A DNA stretch of 64,000 nucleotides from NCBI GenBank assembly GCA_002269645.1, contig NIVC01003174.1, positions 1-64,000 of the forward strand, in the 5' to 3' direction. The notes beneath the pieces were generated by a model. It searched no databases. It was not told the DNA's origin and saw only the letters and a list, made by a program, of their open reading frames with translations. The translations under genes were made by a program, and so were the position numbers. This document shows, piece after piece, positions 38,001 through 48,861 of the stretch. Source of the DNA: Macrostomum lignano (taxonomy: Eukaryota). Position 1 is the first letter of the stretch. Each line of letters begins with the position of its first letter.

Positions 38001-41000
38001 GTGACGTCTTGACATCGTTGACGTCTTGACATCGTTGACGTCTTGACATCGGGACATTTTGGTATCTGCCATCGGGACATCTTGATTCCTAGCATATTTA
38101 CATCCTAAGAACATCTTGACAAATGGCATTCTGGCTTAAAAACATCCTGACTTAAAGACATCCTGACATAATAGCATCATTACATATCAACATCCTGGCA
38201 CATTAGCACCCTTACATCTTAAACATAATGTCATATTAGCATCTTGACTTTGTAGCATGACATCCTGACATCCTGGCGTCCGATATTACAATACTGATAT
38301 GAAATTACCGATATATTTGCAGCCTAGCGGACATACTGATATCCTGACATTTTGACAACATATCGGCACTATGCTTGACTCTCAAACATTCCTGGTTCTC
38401 AGCACCATGACGTCCTGACAGTATGACAACTTGAAGCTTTGAAATTTCGACATGTCGAAGTTCTGACATTCAGACATCGCAATTCTTACTCGACCCGTCA
38501 GTCCAGCGGGGTTCCTCCTCCCCGGATCCTCCTGGTCATTGTCCAGCACTATGGAACCCTCCATGGCCACGGCTCGCTCGGAATCAGAGCAGCTTCCATT
38601 ATGATTGAGCTGCGTGGTTGCCGGAAGCCCCATCTGAATCCACTGGTACTTGGGTCCGTACGCTCCCAGCCGCTTGATCTGTGTTTGTTAGCGCTTTTTG
38701 TTAGACTCCGTGTTAAACTGTTACTGATCTCAAGATTCGGAGGTGGGTGGATTCGGGTCTGGGAGATTGAGGTCTGAGAGATTCGAGTGTGGGAGATTCG
38801 GGGGTGGGAGATTCGGGTGTGGGAGATTCGGGTGTGGGAGATTCGGGTGTGGGAGATTCGGGTGTGGAAGATTCGGGTCTGGGAGATTCGGGTGTGGGAG
38901 ATTCGGGTGTGGGAGATTCGGGTGTGGGAGATTCGGGTGTGGGTGGATTAGGGAGTGGGTGGATACGGGTGTGGGAGATTCGGGTGTGGGTGGATTCGGG
39001 TGTGGGTGGATTAGGGAGTGGGTGGATTCGGTTGTGGGAGATTCGGTGTGGGTGGATTCGGGTGTGGGTGGATTCGAGTGTGGGTGGATTCGGGTGTGGG
39101 TGGATTAGGGTGTGGGTGGATTCGGGTGTGGGTGGATTCGGGTGTGGGTGGATTCGGGTGTGGGTGGATTCGGGTGTGGGTGGATTCGGGTGTGGGTGGA
39201 TTCGGGTGTGGGTGGATTCGGGTGTGGTTGGATTTGGGTGTGGGTGGATTCGGGTGTGGGTGGATTCAGGTGTGGTTGGATTCGGGTGTGGTTGGATTTG
39301 GGTGTGGGTGGATTCGTGTGTGGGTGGATTCGGGTGTGGTTGGATTTGGGTGTGGGTGGATTCGGTGCCCTACCACGCAGTCCAGCCGCTTATCTGACTG
39401 TTCAGCGGCGATCGAGCGAACAGCGATGAAGATTCGAATGTCCTTTTGCTGCAAATCATAATAAGTAAACTCACTGCGATAATTTTATAATTTAAACTGT
39501 TTATGTTAAAAACTATTGACGTGAGAATTAAACTTACCAGAAGGCTTGTCAGAGCGGCAGTGGCGTCAGTAAAGTACATCCGTTTGGAATAGCTGATGTT
39601 GCGGGCCATGAAATCTCTCTCCAGCTCGCTGGCCACCTGGAAGAAATCGTTTAACAAAAAAACGATTCTTTTATCGCGCACTGACTGCATGAGTGACATT
39701 TAGTGACACACAGTGACACACAGTGACTCACAGTCACCACAGTGACACCATCTGTTGCACAAGTGTGACACAGATGACGCACATATCTACTCACCGATTT
39801 GAATGCGGAGTAGTCTTGAACTAGAAAGCCGATCTTCTTCCAATTGAACTTGGTCACAATTGACACCAACGGTTTCACATAGACGTTAAAAGTAGTGGAC
39901 ATTCTCGTGTAGTACGGGTAGATCGACCGATCGCTTAGTTCCGGCGACAGATTCAGGCCAATCTGAAAATTATGGAATTAAATCATAACAAAGTCACACA
40001 GTTTAGCCACAGTCTCTCACTTGAGTCACACAGTTTAGCCACAGGCTCTCACCTGAGTCACACAGTTTAGCCACAGTCTCTCTCCTGAGTCACACAGTTT
40101 AGCCTCAGTCTCTCACCTCAGTCACACAGTTTAGCCACAGTCTCTCACCTGAGTCACACAGTTTAGTCACAGTCTCTCATCTGAGTCACACAGTTTAGTC
40201 ACAGTCTCTCACCTGAGTCACACAGTTTAGTCACAGTCTTTCACCTGAGTCACACAGTTTAGCCACGGTCTCTCTCCTGAGTCACACAGTTTAGTCACAG
40301 TCTCTCACCTGAGTCACACAGTTTATTCACAGTCTCTCACCTGAGTCACACAGTTTAGTCACAGTCTCTCACCTGAGTCACACAGTTTAGTCACAGTCTT
40401 TCACCTCAGTCACACAGTTTAGTCACAGTCTCTCACCTGAGTCACACAGTTAGCCTCAGTCTCTCACCTGAGTCACACAGTTTAGCCACAGTCTCTCACC
40501 TCAGTCACACAGTTTAGTCACAGTCTCTCACCTGAATCACTAAGTAGCCTCAGTCTCTCACCTGAGTCACACAGTTTAGCCTCAGTCTCTCACCTTAGTC
40601 ACACAGTTTAGCCACAGTCTCTCACCTGAGTCACACAGTTTAGCCTCAGTCTCTCACCTGAGTCACCAGTTTAGCCACAGTCTCTCACCTGACTCACACA
40701 GTTTAGTCACAGTCTCTCACCTGAGTCACACAGTTTAGCCTCAGTCTTTCACCTCAGTCACACAGTTTAGTCACAGTCTCTCACCTGAGTCACACAGTTT
40801 AGCCTCAGTCTCTCACCTGAGTCACACAGTTTAGCCACAGTCTCTCACCTCAGTCACACAGTTTAGTCACAGTCTCTCACCTGAATCACTAAGTAGCCTC
40901 AGTCTCTCACCTGAGTCACACAGTTTAGCCTCAGTCTCTCACCTGAGTCACACAGTTTAGCCTCAGTCTCTCACCTGATCACACAGTTTAGCCTCAGTCT

Positions 41001-41368
41001 CTCACCTAGTCACACAGTTAGCCTCAGTCTCTCACCTGAGTCACACAGTTTAGCCTCAGTCTCTCACCTGAGTCACACAGTTTAGCCTCAGTCTCTCACC
41101 TGAGTCACACAGTTTAGCCACAGTCTCTCACCTTAGTCACACAGTTTAGCCTCAGTCTCTCACCTGAGTCACACAGTTTAGCCTCAGTCTCTCACCTGAG
41201 TCACACAGTTTAGCCACAGTCTCTCACCTGAGTCACACAGTAGTAGCGGGCCAGCTCAGCAATGACCTGAGACTGCTGCGAGAAGCTGGCGCCCAGCATC
41301 AGGCTCTTGTTGCTGCCACTGAGGTAGCCGTCAACAAATGCCTTCAGAGCGGCGCCAACGTCTTCCTG
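32099..41368 (-). CDS. GABA-B-receptor-like class C GPCR, copy C, exons 2-13 intact; exon 1 presumed in the N gap. Exons 41228-41368, 39795-39962, 39538-39636, 39374-39448, 38490-38678, 37187-37444, 35413-35476, 35255-35332, 34386-34765, 34176-34298, 32753-33088, 32099-32230
   Basis: Same exon lengths as copy B (141, 168, 99, 75, 189, 258, 64, 78, 380, 123, 336, 132 nt), open throughout, ending ...NESLEM*. Sequence right of the gap matches the region upstream of exon 1 in copies A and B. Confidence 0.85.
33140..34194 (-). repeat. 56-bp splice-donor array (~19 units), intron 11 of copy C
   Basis: Same unit as 16205-17983. Confidence 0.95.
35896..36641 (+). mobile_element. Tc1/mariner-like deleted element, duplicate in copy C
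   Basis: Same TIRs, TA flanks and interior as 19826-20571. Confidence 0.7.
39993..41240 (-). repeat. 32-bp splice-donor array (~39 units), intron 2 of copy C
   Basis: Same unit as 2291-10301, with more degenerate variants. Confidence 0.95.
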
Positions 41369-41723
41369 CTGTTAATTGTGTATTTGAGTTGCGTTGCATT
41401 TACTTAATTGTGGCGACAAAATCTCCACTGATTGTAAAATTTCCATGGCGAAAAGCAATCAGTCTAAAGGGTTCAAATTAATCAAATTCACTCTTGAAGC
41501 TGTTGAAGCTCTCAACATAGCAACTGAGAGTTGTTGACTTCTGCTGAGAACAATATCGCTGATTCTTTATATAGTGTCCACCCTTGCTTTAGAATTCGAA
41601 CAATGGACCAGCATGTAGAGGTTATAAATAAACTTTGTATTAAAATTTTCCTGACAGACAACAATATTGCTACTGATTTGTTAAATTCCTGGGGATTTAA
41701 GCAATTTCAATTTTTGATGCTCA

Positions 41724-42504
41724 NNNNNNNNNNNNNNNNNNNNNNNNNNNNNNNNNNNNNNNNNNNNNNNNNNNNNNNNNNNNNNNNNNNNNNNNNNNNN
41801 NNNNNNNNNNNNNNNNNNNNNNNNNNNNNNNNNNNNNNNNNNNNNNNNNNNNNNNNNNNNNNNNNNNNNNNNNNNNNNNNNNNNNNNNNNNNNNNNNNNN
41901 NNNNNNNNNNNNNNNNNNNNNNNNNNNNNNNNNNNNNNNNNNNNNNNNNNNNNNNNNNNNNNNNNNNNNNNNNNNNNNNNNNNNNNNNNNNNNNNNNNNN
42001 NNNNNNNNNNNNNNNNNNNNNNNNNNNNNNNNNNNNNNNNNNNNNNNNNNNNNNNNNNNNNNNNNNNNNNNNNNNNNNNNNNNNNNNNNNNNNNNNNNNN
42101 NNNNNNNNNNNNNNNNNNNNNNNNNNNNNNNNNNNNNNNNNNNNNNNNNNNNNNNNNNNNNNNNNNNNNNNNNNNNNNNNNNNNNNNNNNNNNNNNNNNN
42201 NNNNNNNNNNNNNNNNNNNNNNNNNNNNNNNNNNNNNNNNNNNNNNNNNNNNNNNNNNNNNNNNNNNNNNNNNNNNNNNNNNNNNNNNNNNNNNNNNNNN
42301 NNNNNNNNNNNNNNNNNNNNNNNNNNNNNNNNNNNNNNNNNNNNNNNNNNNNNNNNNNNNNNNNNNNNNNNNNNNNNNNNNNNNNNNNNNNNNNNNNNNN
42401 NNNNNNNNNNNNNNNNNNNNNNNNNNNNNNNNNNNNNNNNNNNNNNNNNNNNNNNNNNNNNNNNNNNNNNNNNNNNNNNNNNNNNNNNNNNNNNNNNNNN
42501 NNNN
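41724..42504. other. Assembly gap (781 N) at the expected position of copy C exon 1 and its (CTAA)n tract
   Basis: The flanks match 10797/11468 (A) and 26344/27291 (B), intervals of ~670 and ~950 bp that contain exon 1. Confidence 0.9.
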
Positions 42505-42838
42505 GATTTATCGCCTGCTAATAACTGTTCGCGACTTCTGATTGGCGATTTGGGTGAACAGGCTTTCAGGTCCATCCGCTATGCTAAAAGTGGTTTTAAC
42601 TATCTATCCATCAATCCGTGTGTGATTGATAATTACTTCTACTCAAAATGACTTGATAAGTGCTTCAATTCATGTCTTCGATTCGATGAAAGCCAGCCTA
42701 GATGTGAACAGACTGAACCTGGATTCGAATTTTATTAGTGTAAGTTTTTAGAAAGATTTTTTTAAAGTGAAGAAAGACTCAACGTTAAAAGAAAAGAATC
42801 AAAGAAGCGTCATGTCAACCATAAAAAAGCGTCATGTC

Positions 42839-44030
42839 TGATACAATGCGGTAAATTTGGAATCCGCATTGAGACAGTTTTCCCGGTTACGAGAACCAAA
42901 CCGCTGCACTGAACATACCAGGACTGGATGTTGTCTCACGATTTCGCGGGCAAGACGGCCTAAGGAATCGTCAGTGTGTTGCCCGCAGATTTTGTCTATG
43001 GCATAAGCGTAAACGTTTTGTAATGCAAGAAGCTCTAGTCCGATGCCTCCACGTCTCTCTTTACTGCAGCTGTATGAACAGGCTTTAGGGGCTTTGGACA
43101 TAGACGAATTCTCAGGGCAGCGGACACACAACAACATTCCGTGCCCGCTGTTTTAGTCTATGGCCAATCGTGAAACAACATAGTTCTGACTATGGATTTG
43201 AGGGCAGGAATGAGCGGAATCCTCGGCCCTCGGATTCGCTCATTCCTGCCCTCAAATCCATAGTCAGAACAATCAGTTGGCGCCGAAAATGCACATATAG
43301 CCTGCACGCGCTCAAAAAATTAAACGATGAAAAGTGCGCATAGATGAATCGACAAGTTAATTAATCGGTTTTCTCTTCTAGGCATTCCCCTTCCTGACAA
43401 AAAGCAGCACACGCAAGCAAAAACGCATAACGAAGCAGAATCTCTTTGTTTGCAAAAAAGACTGCTGTTGAACAACTGCCATATTCGAATAATTCTTCTG
43501 TCGTCAAAGAGAAGCGTGACTGCAAAGCACTGAAAATAGCTGCGAGGAGCAAACAGCTCGCTCTTCAGCGATGCAGTCACCACGAGAAACGATCGGACCG
43601 ACCTGAAAAGCACTACGCCTCGAGGTTACTCATAACAGGATTAGAAAAATACACATGAAAAAGAAATGAAAAAGAAAACGACACAACTCGCAACAGTCGT
43701 ACAGTCAGGCAAAGAACACGTCTCACGCGTGACCGTCCTGTCCCGGGAAGACCGAAATCACTTGTCCTAGCAGACAGTGACTTCGCGGTGCGTCGGGCTT
43801 GACCACCAGCACTGCTTCATCGACGAGTACTTGCAGTTTTCTCTGTTGGTCGATCCACCTTGATCTGGGCTGCAGTCCAGGTAGCCACCTCGCATCCATC
43901 GCCGCCACAAATTCGTCGTGAGTTCCTCCATCCACCGGTCACGAGTGCGGGAATGACATCTGCACGAGTGCGCGCTAGCGCAAGAGTTCACGATGTCCTT
44001 CACGCACGAGTGAACGTGAAGGAATCCCAT
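42839..44030 (-). mobile_element. BEL/Pao remnant: putative LTR-side segment plus integrase C-terminal (DUF5641-like) fragment
   Basis: 42840-42910 and 43320-43600 are diverged homologues of 13490-13920. 43723-43990 translates with frameshifts to LWRRWMR..LQPRSRW..LVDEAVLV..PRSHCLLGQVISVFPGQDGH. Confidence 0.7.
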
Positions 44031-44069
44031 TGTATCATTTTGGAGGGGTTTTTAGGGGTATAGCTTTGA

Positions 44070-46663
44070 ATGTCTATGACCGAAGCCAACGTCTGAGCTA
44101 ACTACTTAATGCTATATTTAGCAGTTGTAACATTATATAAAACTTAATATGAAAAAACAAGTTTGTAACATTATAAAAACCTAATATGAACAAAACAATC
44201 AACGGATTTAGTATAAATCGGTCCAAGCTGTACGCCGGATCAAGGCATGTTCGAAATATGCACGTGGAATTGGCAGTTGTTGAATGTGCCCGATATAGCT
44301 GTAGCCAACGTTTGCATCTCCATTCCAGCCCTCGTGGCTGTAGATGTTGCTGTCGCGCATCGGCCTGAGCACTGGTCTCCGGTAGCAACGCATCAGCCGG
44401 TACCTCTGAGCGGGCGTCGGCACACGCACCTCGTCGTGCGGGCTCTCTATCCTTTGCGCTCTTTTCCTCGCCGATGGAACTGATCCTTACAGACAGCCCA
44501 GCCATCTCTCCGTCACGCTTTCTGCTGTTCCGAATGTACCTTTGTGCAGCTGTTTCAGTTTTGTGTCCCGTTACAGCGCTGATATCCCTCAGGGACACTC
44601 CAGCTGCACTCAATTCGGTTGCCAGGGTGACTCTTAGACAGTGGCCAGTATAAATCTTGCTCAAATTAGCCGCTTTGGAGATGCCACTCATCATGTTCCC
44701 AAGAGTGTTGACGCCTACAACCTGCTTAGCAAAATACCACGACTCTGCAAAGCCGCGTACTCGGGGACGTATGAACACAACGGAGCTCGACACTCCCTCT
44801 TTTCTCTTGGCCTCTTCGATCTTGCTCAGGTAAAGCTCAACACACTCGTAGGGGCATCCTTTTTCAAAGGTTTCGACAGTCACACTCTGCTTCCTATCTT
44901 CTGAGGTCCGCGCTTCTAAACTTCCTCGCACAGTCTTGGTTTCCATTGATGCCAGCCTGAATGCGCGTCGCCCATTGATGTTGCATCTCTCAATAGAATC
45001 CGTAGTTAGCTTACGGAACCATTCGCGTCCACGCAAGCCAAACTGCAAGGCTAATACATAGTAGACCTCCTGCTGCAAAATGGTCGGGCTACTTCGATCG
45101 AAGTAGCGGCGCAGCTTTTCTAGATCCTCTGTCTCCAAGGCGCAGAACTGTCTGACGGTGCCGCCTGATCTGATGCACATGGTGGCTGTAGCCTTCAATT
45201 GCATGTTGGCCTTTGCAAAGCGCGGATCCTCGATAATATTAACGTCACGGACACGCAGCAAATAGCGGAAAACACCAGCTCGAGCGGTAATCAACGAAGC
45301 AGGGGCATAGAAGCCACTGTCAATTTTACTAACAAAAGCATAGAAGATTCGCAAGCCAGTGACTAACTGTTCGATATCGGCTGTATTCAGATCGCAGGCG
45401 TAGTTCTTGCTTGAAAGCACCTCGTTGAACTTACGAAGTGCCCACTTTTCTTGCAACAGAGCTGACTTTGGCGTAGTGTCGAGTTGCATTACATCCATCT
45501 CCCTGAGCAAGTCTCGTTCCGGATCTTGACCAGCTAACAGCGCCTCGATTTCATTCACATCCAACTGAGCCAGATCGTCCAGCATGCCTTGCATAGTCGC
45601 CTCCCGCCGGATTCGCTCGCCAATCTCAGAAGACGACAAACGAACGACATATGCAGCAATCCAATAGGCTCGCCCGTTGATGCTTCGTAAATCATGATGA
45701 CAGCTTTTTGGCCGCAAACTCGCTGACCTCGCTTGGCTTGGCTTAGCCCGTCTCTTCACTGCTCTAAACTGCCCAGATCTTTGGGCCATAGACATATTTG
45801 GAGCGTGCAACATTGAAGTATTGTTGCACGCTCAGACTACTTTATTGTCGCACGCTCCAAATGTCTATGGGTAATAGGCGCCCAAAATAATACAATGCCA
45901 GTAGAGAATGGCTATGAGTGCACACCAAATGTATTTGACCGAGGGCGCTGCATCCACGCCCCTGGCATTAGTTAGTCTAGTGGTCAAGGACGACTTAAGT
46001 ATTGGTTTTGACAATCAATATGAGAAAATGGACAATCAAAATTCTACGTATATTTCCTGTATCTAAAAATCACAAAAATGCATGACACAGCTCCAATATT
46101 TGGTTTTATGAACCTATTTTATCATCTCTGTTACAAATATTTGCTACACAGTCGGGTAAGAATGATAAAATAGACTCATGAAGCTAAAGAGCCGAGCCGT
46201 GGCATTCTAATGTATTTCAAGCACAAGACACGCGAAAATATACGTAGAATAAAAAATTAACATAGAGTCCTAATTTTCTGAACGAAAAGCTTTATAAATA
46301 TCGATAGAGCAATAAAAAAGGCGCAACATATCAAAAGATGAACACTGGATCTGCCTCCTACCAAACGCAATAACAATTTTTGTGCTGAAAAAATGAAAAC
46401 TTCCTGTCTCCGTAGTGTATTTTTTTCGGGAAAAAGTGCCTTCAAAACTTTTCTAAGAAACGAGGTTTCCCGTCCTTCTACTTAAGTCGTCCTTGCTAGT
46501 GGTATAGTGGGGGCTGGGGCCCTCGGTCAAATACATTTGGTGCACTCATAGCCATTCTCCACTACATCATTGTCGGATTATTCATCGTGCAGGAATGCAC
46601 AAAACCGTGCAGGAATGCATTTCTGCACCTAATGCTTTTTCAGTGAGATTTTACCATAGACAT
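44070..46663 (-). mobile_element. Putative Crypton-like DNA element (boundaries tentative)
   Basis: Recombinase ORF plus a flanking inverted-repeat region. The span is bounded by the inverted 9-mers ATGTCTATG (44070) and CATAGACAT (46655-46663) and sits between BEL fragments. Confidence 0.5.
44098..45813 (-). CDS. Crypton-type (DUF3504-like) tyrosine recombinase, uninterrupted ORF of 571 aa (true start may be a downstream Met)
   Basis: KWALRKF, FY...Y..ASL...RAGVFRYL, IIEDPRFAKAN, FGLRGRE (catalytic R), CPYECVELYLSK, VGVNTLGNMMSGISKAANLSKIYTGHCLR (HxxR), TGHK (H) and QRY (catalytic Y). Confidence 0.88.
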   Translation of the reverse strand: MLHAPNMSMAQRSGQFRAVKRRAKPSQARSASLRPKSCHHDLRSINGRAYWIAAYVVRLSSSEIGERIRREATMQGMLDDLAQLDVNEIEALLAGQDPERDLLREMDVMQLDTTPKSALLQEKWALRKFNEVLSSKNYACDLNTADIEQLVTGLRIFYAFVSKIDSGFYAPASLITARAGVFRYLLRVRDVNIIEDPRFAKANMQLKATATMCIRSGGTVRQFCALETEDLEKLRRYFDRSSPTILQQEVYYVLALQFGLRGREWFRKLTTDSIERCNINGRRAFRLASMETKTVRGSLEARTSEDRKQSVTVETFEKGCPYECVELYLSKIEEAKRKEGVSSSVVFIRPRVRGFAESWYFAKQVVGVNTLGNMMSGISKAANLSKIYTGHCLRVTLATELSAAGVSLRDISAVTGHKTETAAQRYIRNSRKRDGEMAGLSVRISSIGEEKSAKDREPARRGACADARSEVPADALLPETSAQADARQQHLQPRGLEWRCKRWLQLYRAHSTTANSTCIFRTCLDPAYSLDRFILNPLIVLFILGFYNVTNLFFHIKFYIMLQLLNIALSS

Positions 46664-46724
46664 CCATTCCTGCTAGTCCTCGTTATGCTTGGTGTAGCTA
46701 CAGTATATGCAGCTGGGTAACTGC

Positions 46725-47600
46725 CTATGGCACCGAAGGCCATTCTAGGATACAGGCTCTCCGAATGGATGAGAAGTGGGAAGCCCAAAGGGAAATAAAG
46801 TAAAAAAGATGGCCAGAGCTGAGACTACGGAGCAGACCCACGTTGGTTGCCGTTAAAACTCCGCCTTTTCTTTGTTGACAAAAGACTGGGCAATCCTTCA
46901 ACTTTTTGACAGGTTCATCAAAAGCAATAAATATGCCGACAGTCTGCTTGTCTTCAAGCTTATCGAATGGAATTCCACGCAAGTGGCTCCACTGCCTGGC
47001 CAAACGGGTCCAATCGACTGCTTTCAGATCACTTTTCACTCTTTCCGTTGTGTGCGCCGACACTCTCGCTCGATTGGACTCATCTAGACTCCGGATGCCG
47101 ACCTCCACCGGTGCTGTTTGACAAGTGCTTAATTGGCCATTCAATCCTTTCACTTTCATCACCTGCTGTATCAGATCTCAAGTAGGTACGCGTACTCGCA
47201 TCGTCAAGTATGGAGGTCACTGGCAGCTCCCGGTCGTCATCTGACAGAATCACTGGTACTGTTCTCAAGATCGGTGACGAACCCTGCGCCAACAACGTAC
47301 AGGACTCCTGACCACCGGCTTCTGGGGCTTCTCGCTCGCGCTTGGTCGCCCCCCTGATTTTTAAACGCCATTGGAGTTTTGTGTGTCTCATGCAGCAAAT
47401 GCCGGTTGTCTCGTCTTGCCACTTGTTCACACCACAGCTTATCCCACGCTTGTAGTTGTCCATTCCACAGCTCATTCCACGCTACCGCTTAAGTGATTTG
47501 TCCCCAGGTAGCTAAAGCACAGTCACTTCTGTTTTACAAATTCCCACCTGACTTGCAAATCCATTCTTAGAAACTTCAGCACACTCCATGCTACTCATTA
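46725..47600 (-). mobile_element. BEL/Pao remnant: gag Cys-His and aspartic protease region
   Basis: ILRTVPVIL...SILDDASTRTYL (protease-like), VKVKGLNG, DWTRLARQWSHLRGIPF. 47400-47600 is homologous to 14390-14545. Confidence 0.75.
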
Positions 47601-47849
47601 CACAAACTGCAGCCTTTGCCTTCATTATTATTCTCTCTTCTATTGTCACTCATGTTGACAACGCCGCTAAAGTGCGTGCGCACCGGCTCTCCACGGTCTT
47701 GTCATGCTTTCGGTTGCAAAGGGAAAATTTATTCCGATTTTATGTTATGGATATTCGCCACTCTGCTCCATTTCATTCTCTTTCTGCTGTCTATTTTCTT
47801 GGGCATGAGCTACCACTCACAGTCTCTGTCAACTTTAGGAGAATTGCTC

Positions 47850-48170
47850 TCGATTAGTCTGTGGCTTTCAGGGGGGATTGCTCTCGATTAGTCTGCGGCT
47901 CTCAGGGGGAATTGCTCTCGATTAGTCTGCGGCTTTCAGGGGGATTTGCTCTAGATTAGTCTTTGGCTTTCAGGGGGAATTGCTCTCGGTTAGTCTGTGG
48001 CTTTCAGGGGGAATTGGTCTCGGTTAGTCTGTGGCTTTCAGGGGGAATTGCTCTCGATTAGTCTGTGGCTTTCAGGGGGAATTGCTCTCGATTAGTCTGT
48101 GGCTTTCAGGGGGAATTGGTCTCGGTTAGTCTGTGGCTTTCAGGGGGAATTGCTCTCGATTAGTCTGTGA
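47850..48170. repeat. 34-bp minisatellite (ATTAGTCTGTGGCTTTCAGGGGGAATTGCTCTCG), ~9 units
   Basis: Directly visible. Confidence 0.9.
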
Positions 48171-48861
48171 CTGCGGGATTTGTCTTCAATTAATATGGGA
48201 ATCGTACTTAGATGATCTACGTGGGATGGATTAATTACAGTTAATCCAGAAAACTTGAACAAAAAGGTGGTGCTTGCATGTCGCTAAGTGTACACGACTT
48301 ATCTGATCTAGACAGGTAACCTTGAGCAGGAAAATTAAGACTGAATTTCTTCATCAAGAGCACACTGTGCCCCATTTCTTTATTAATATGTCTGCGTGAT
48401 GGACAGGTCTTCGTCGCACTTTTGTCAAAATAAAAAATGAAGGTTAAAAATAATTTTTAAAAACTCGTGGACAAAAATAAAAGTCACTAAATGACAATTG
48501 TTGCCAGTGTGGATGAACAGGAAAAACGGTACAAAAAAGCAGAGGAAATTTCTACGAAAGAAAGCAAGCGATGCTGACGATGAGCGGACTAAACTAACTA
48601 CTGGCAGTAGCATGCACGGGGAGGGGCTGACAAATATAGACTAACTAGTTCATTTGGGCTTCTGGAAGACACTTTCTAAGCAAAACTTAAATGGAGATTC
48701 TCATAGAGTTGCATGAATTCAACTAAAATTAGGCGATATGCTAGTGGTTTAAAAAAATCAAATGTAAAATATTTAATATAGCAAAACTGAAAATTTATGA
48801 TTTATCAGCAGTCTGGCTGTATTTCAGCTGGCAGAATTCATCTCAAAGTCGTCCGGAAGCG

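Noticed and set aside
41531-42575. ORFs spanning the N run
   Set aside because: Artefacts of the assembly gap.
43277-43290. TGGCGCCGAA as a retroviral-type primer-binding site
   Set aside because: No LTR precedes it in that orientation, and the surrounding BEL pieces are on the opposite strand.
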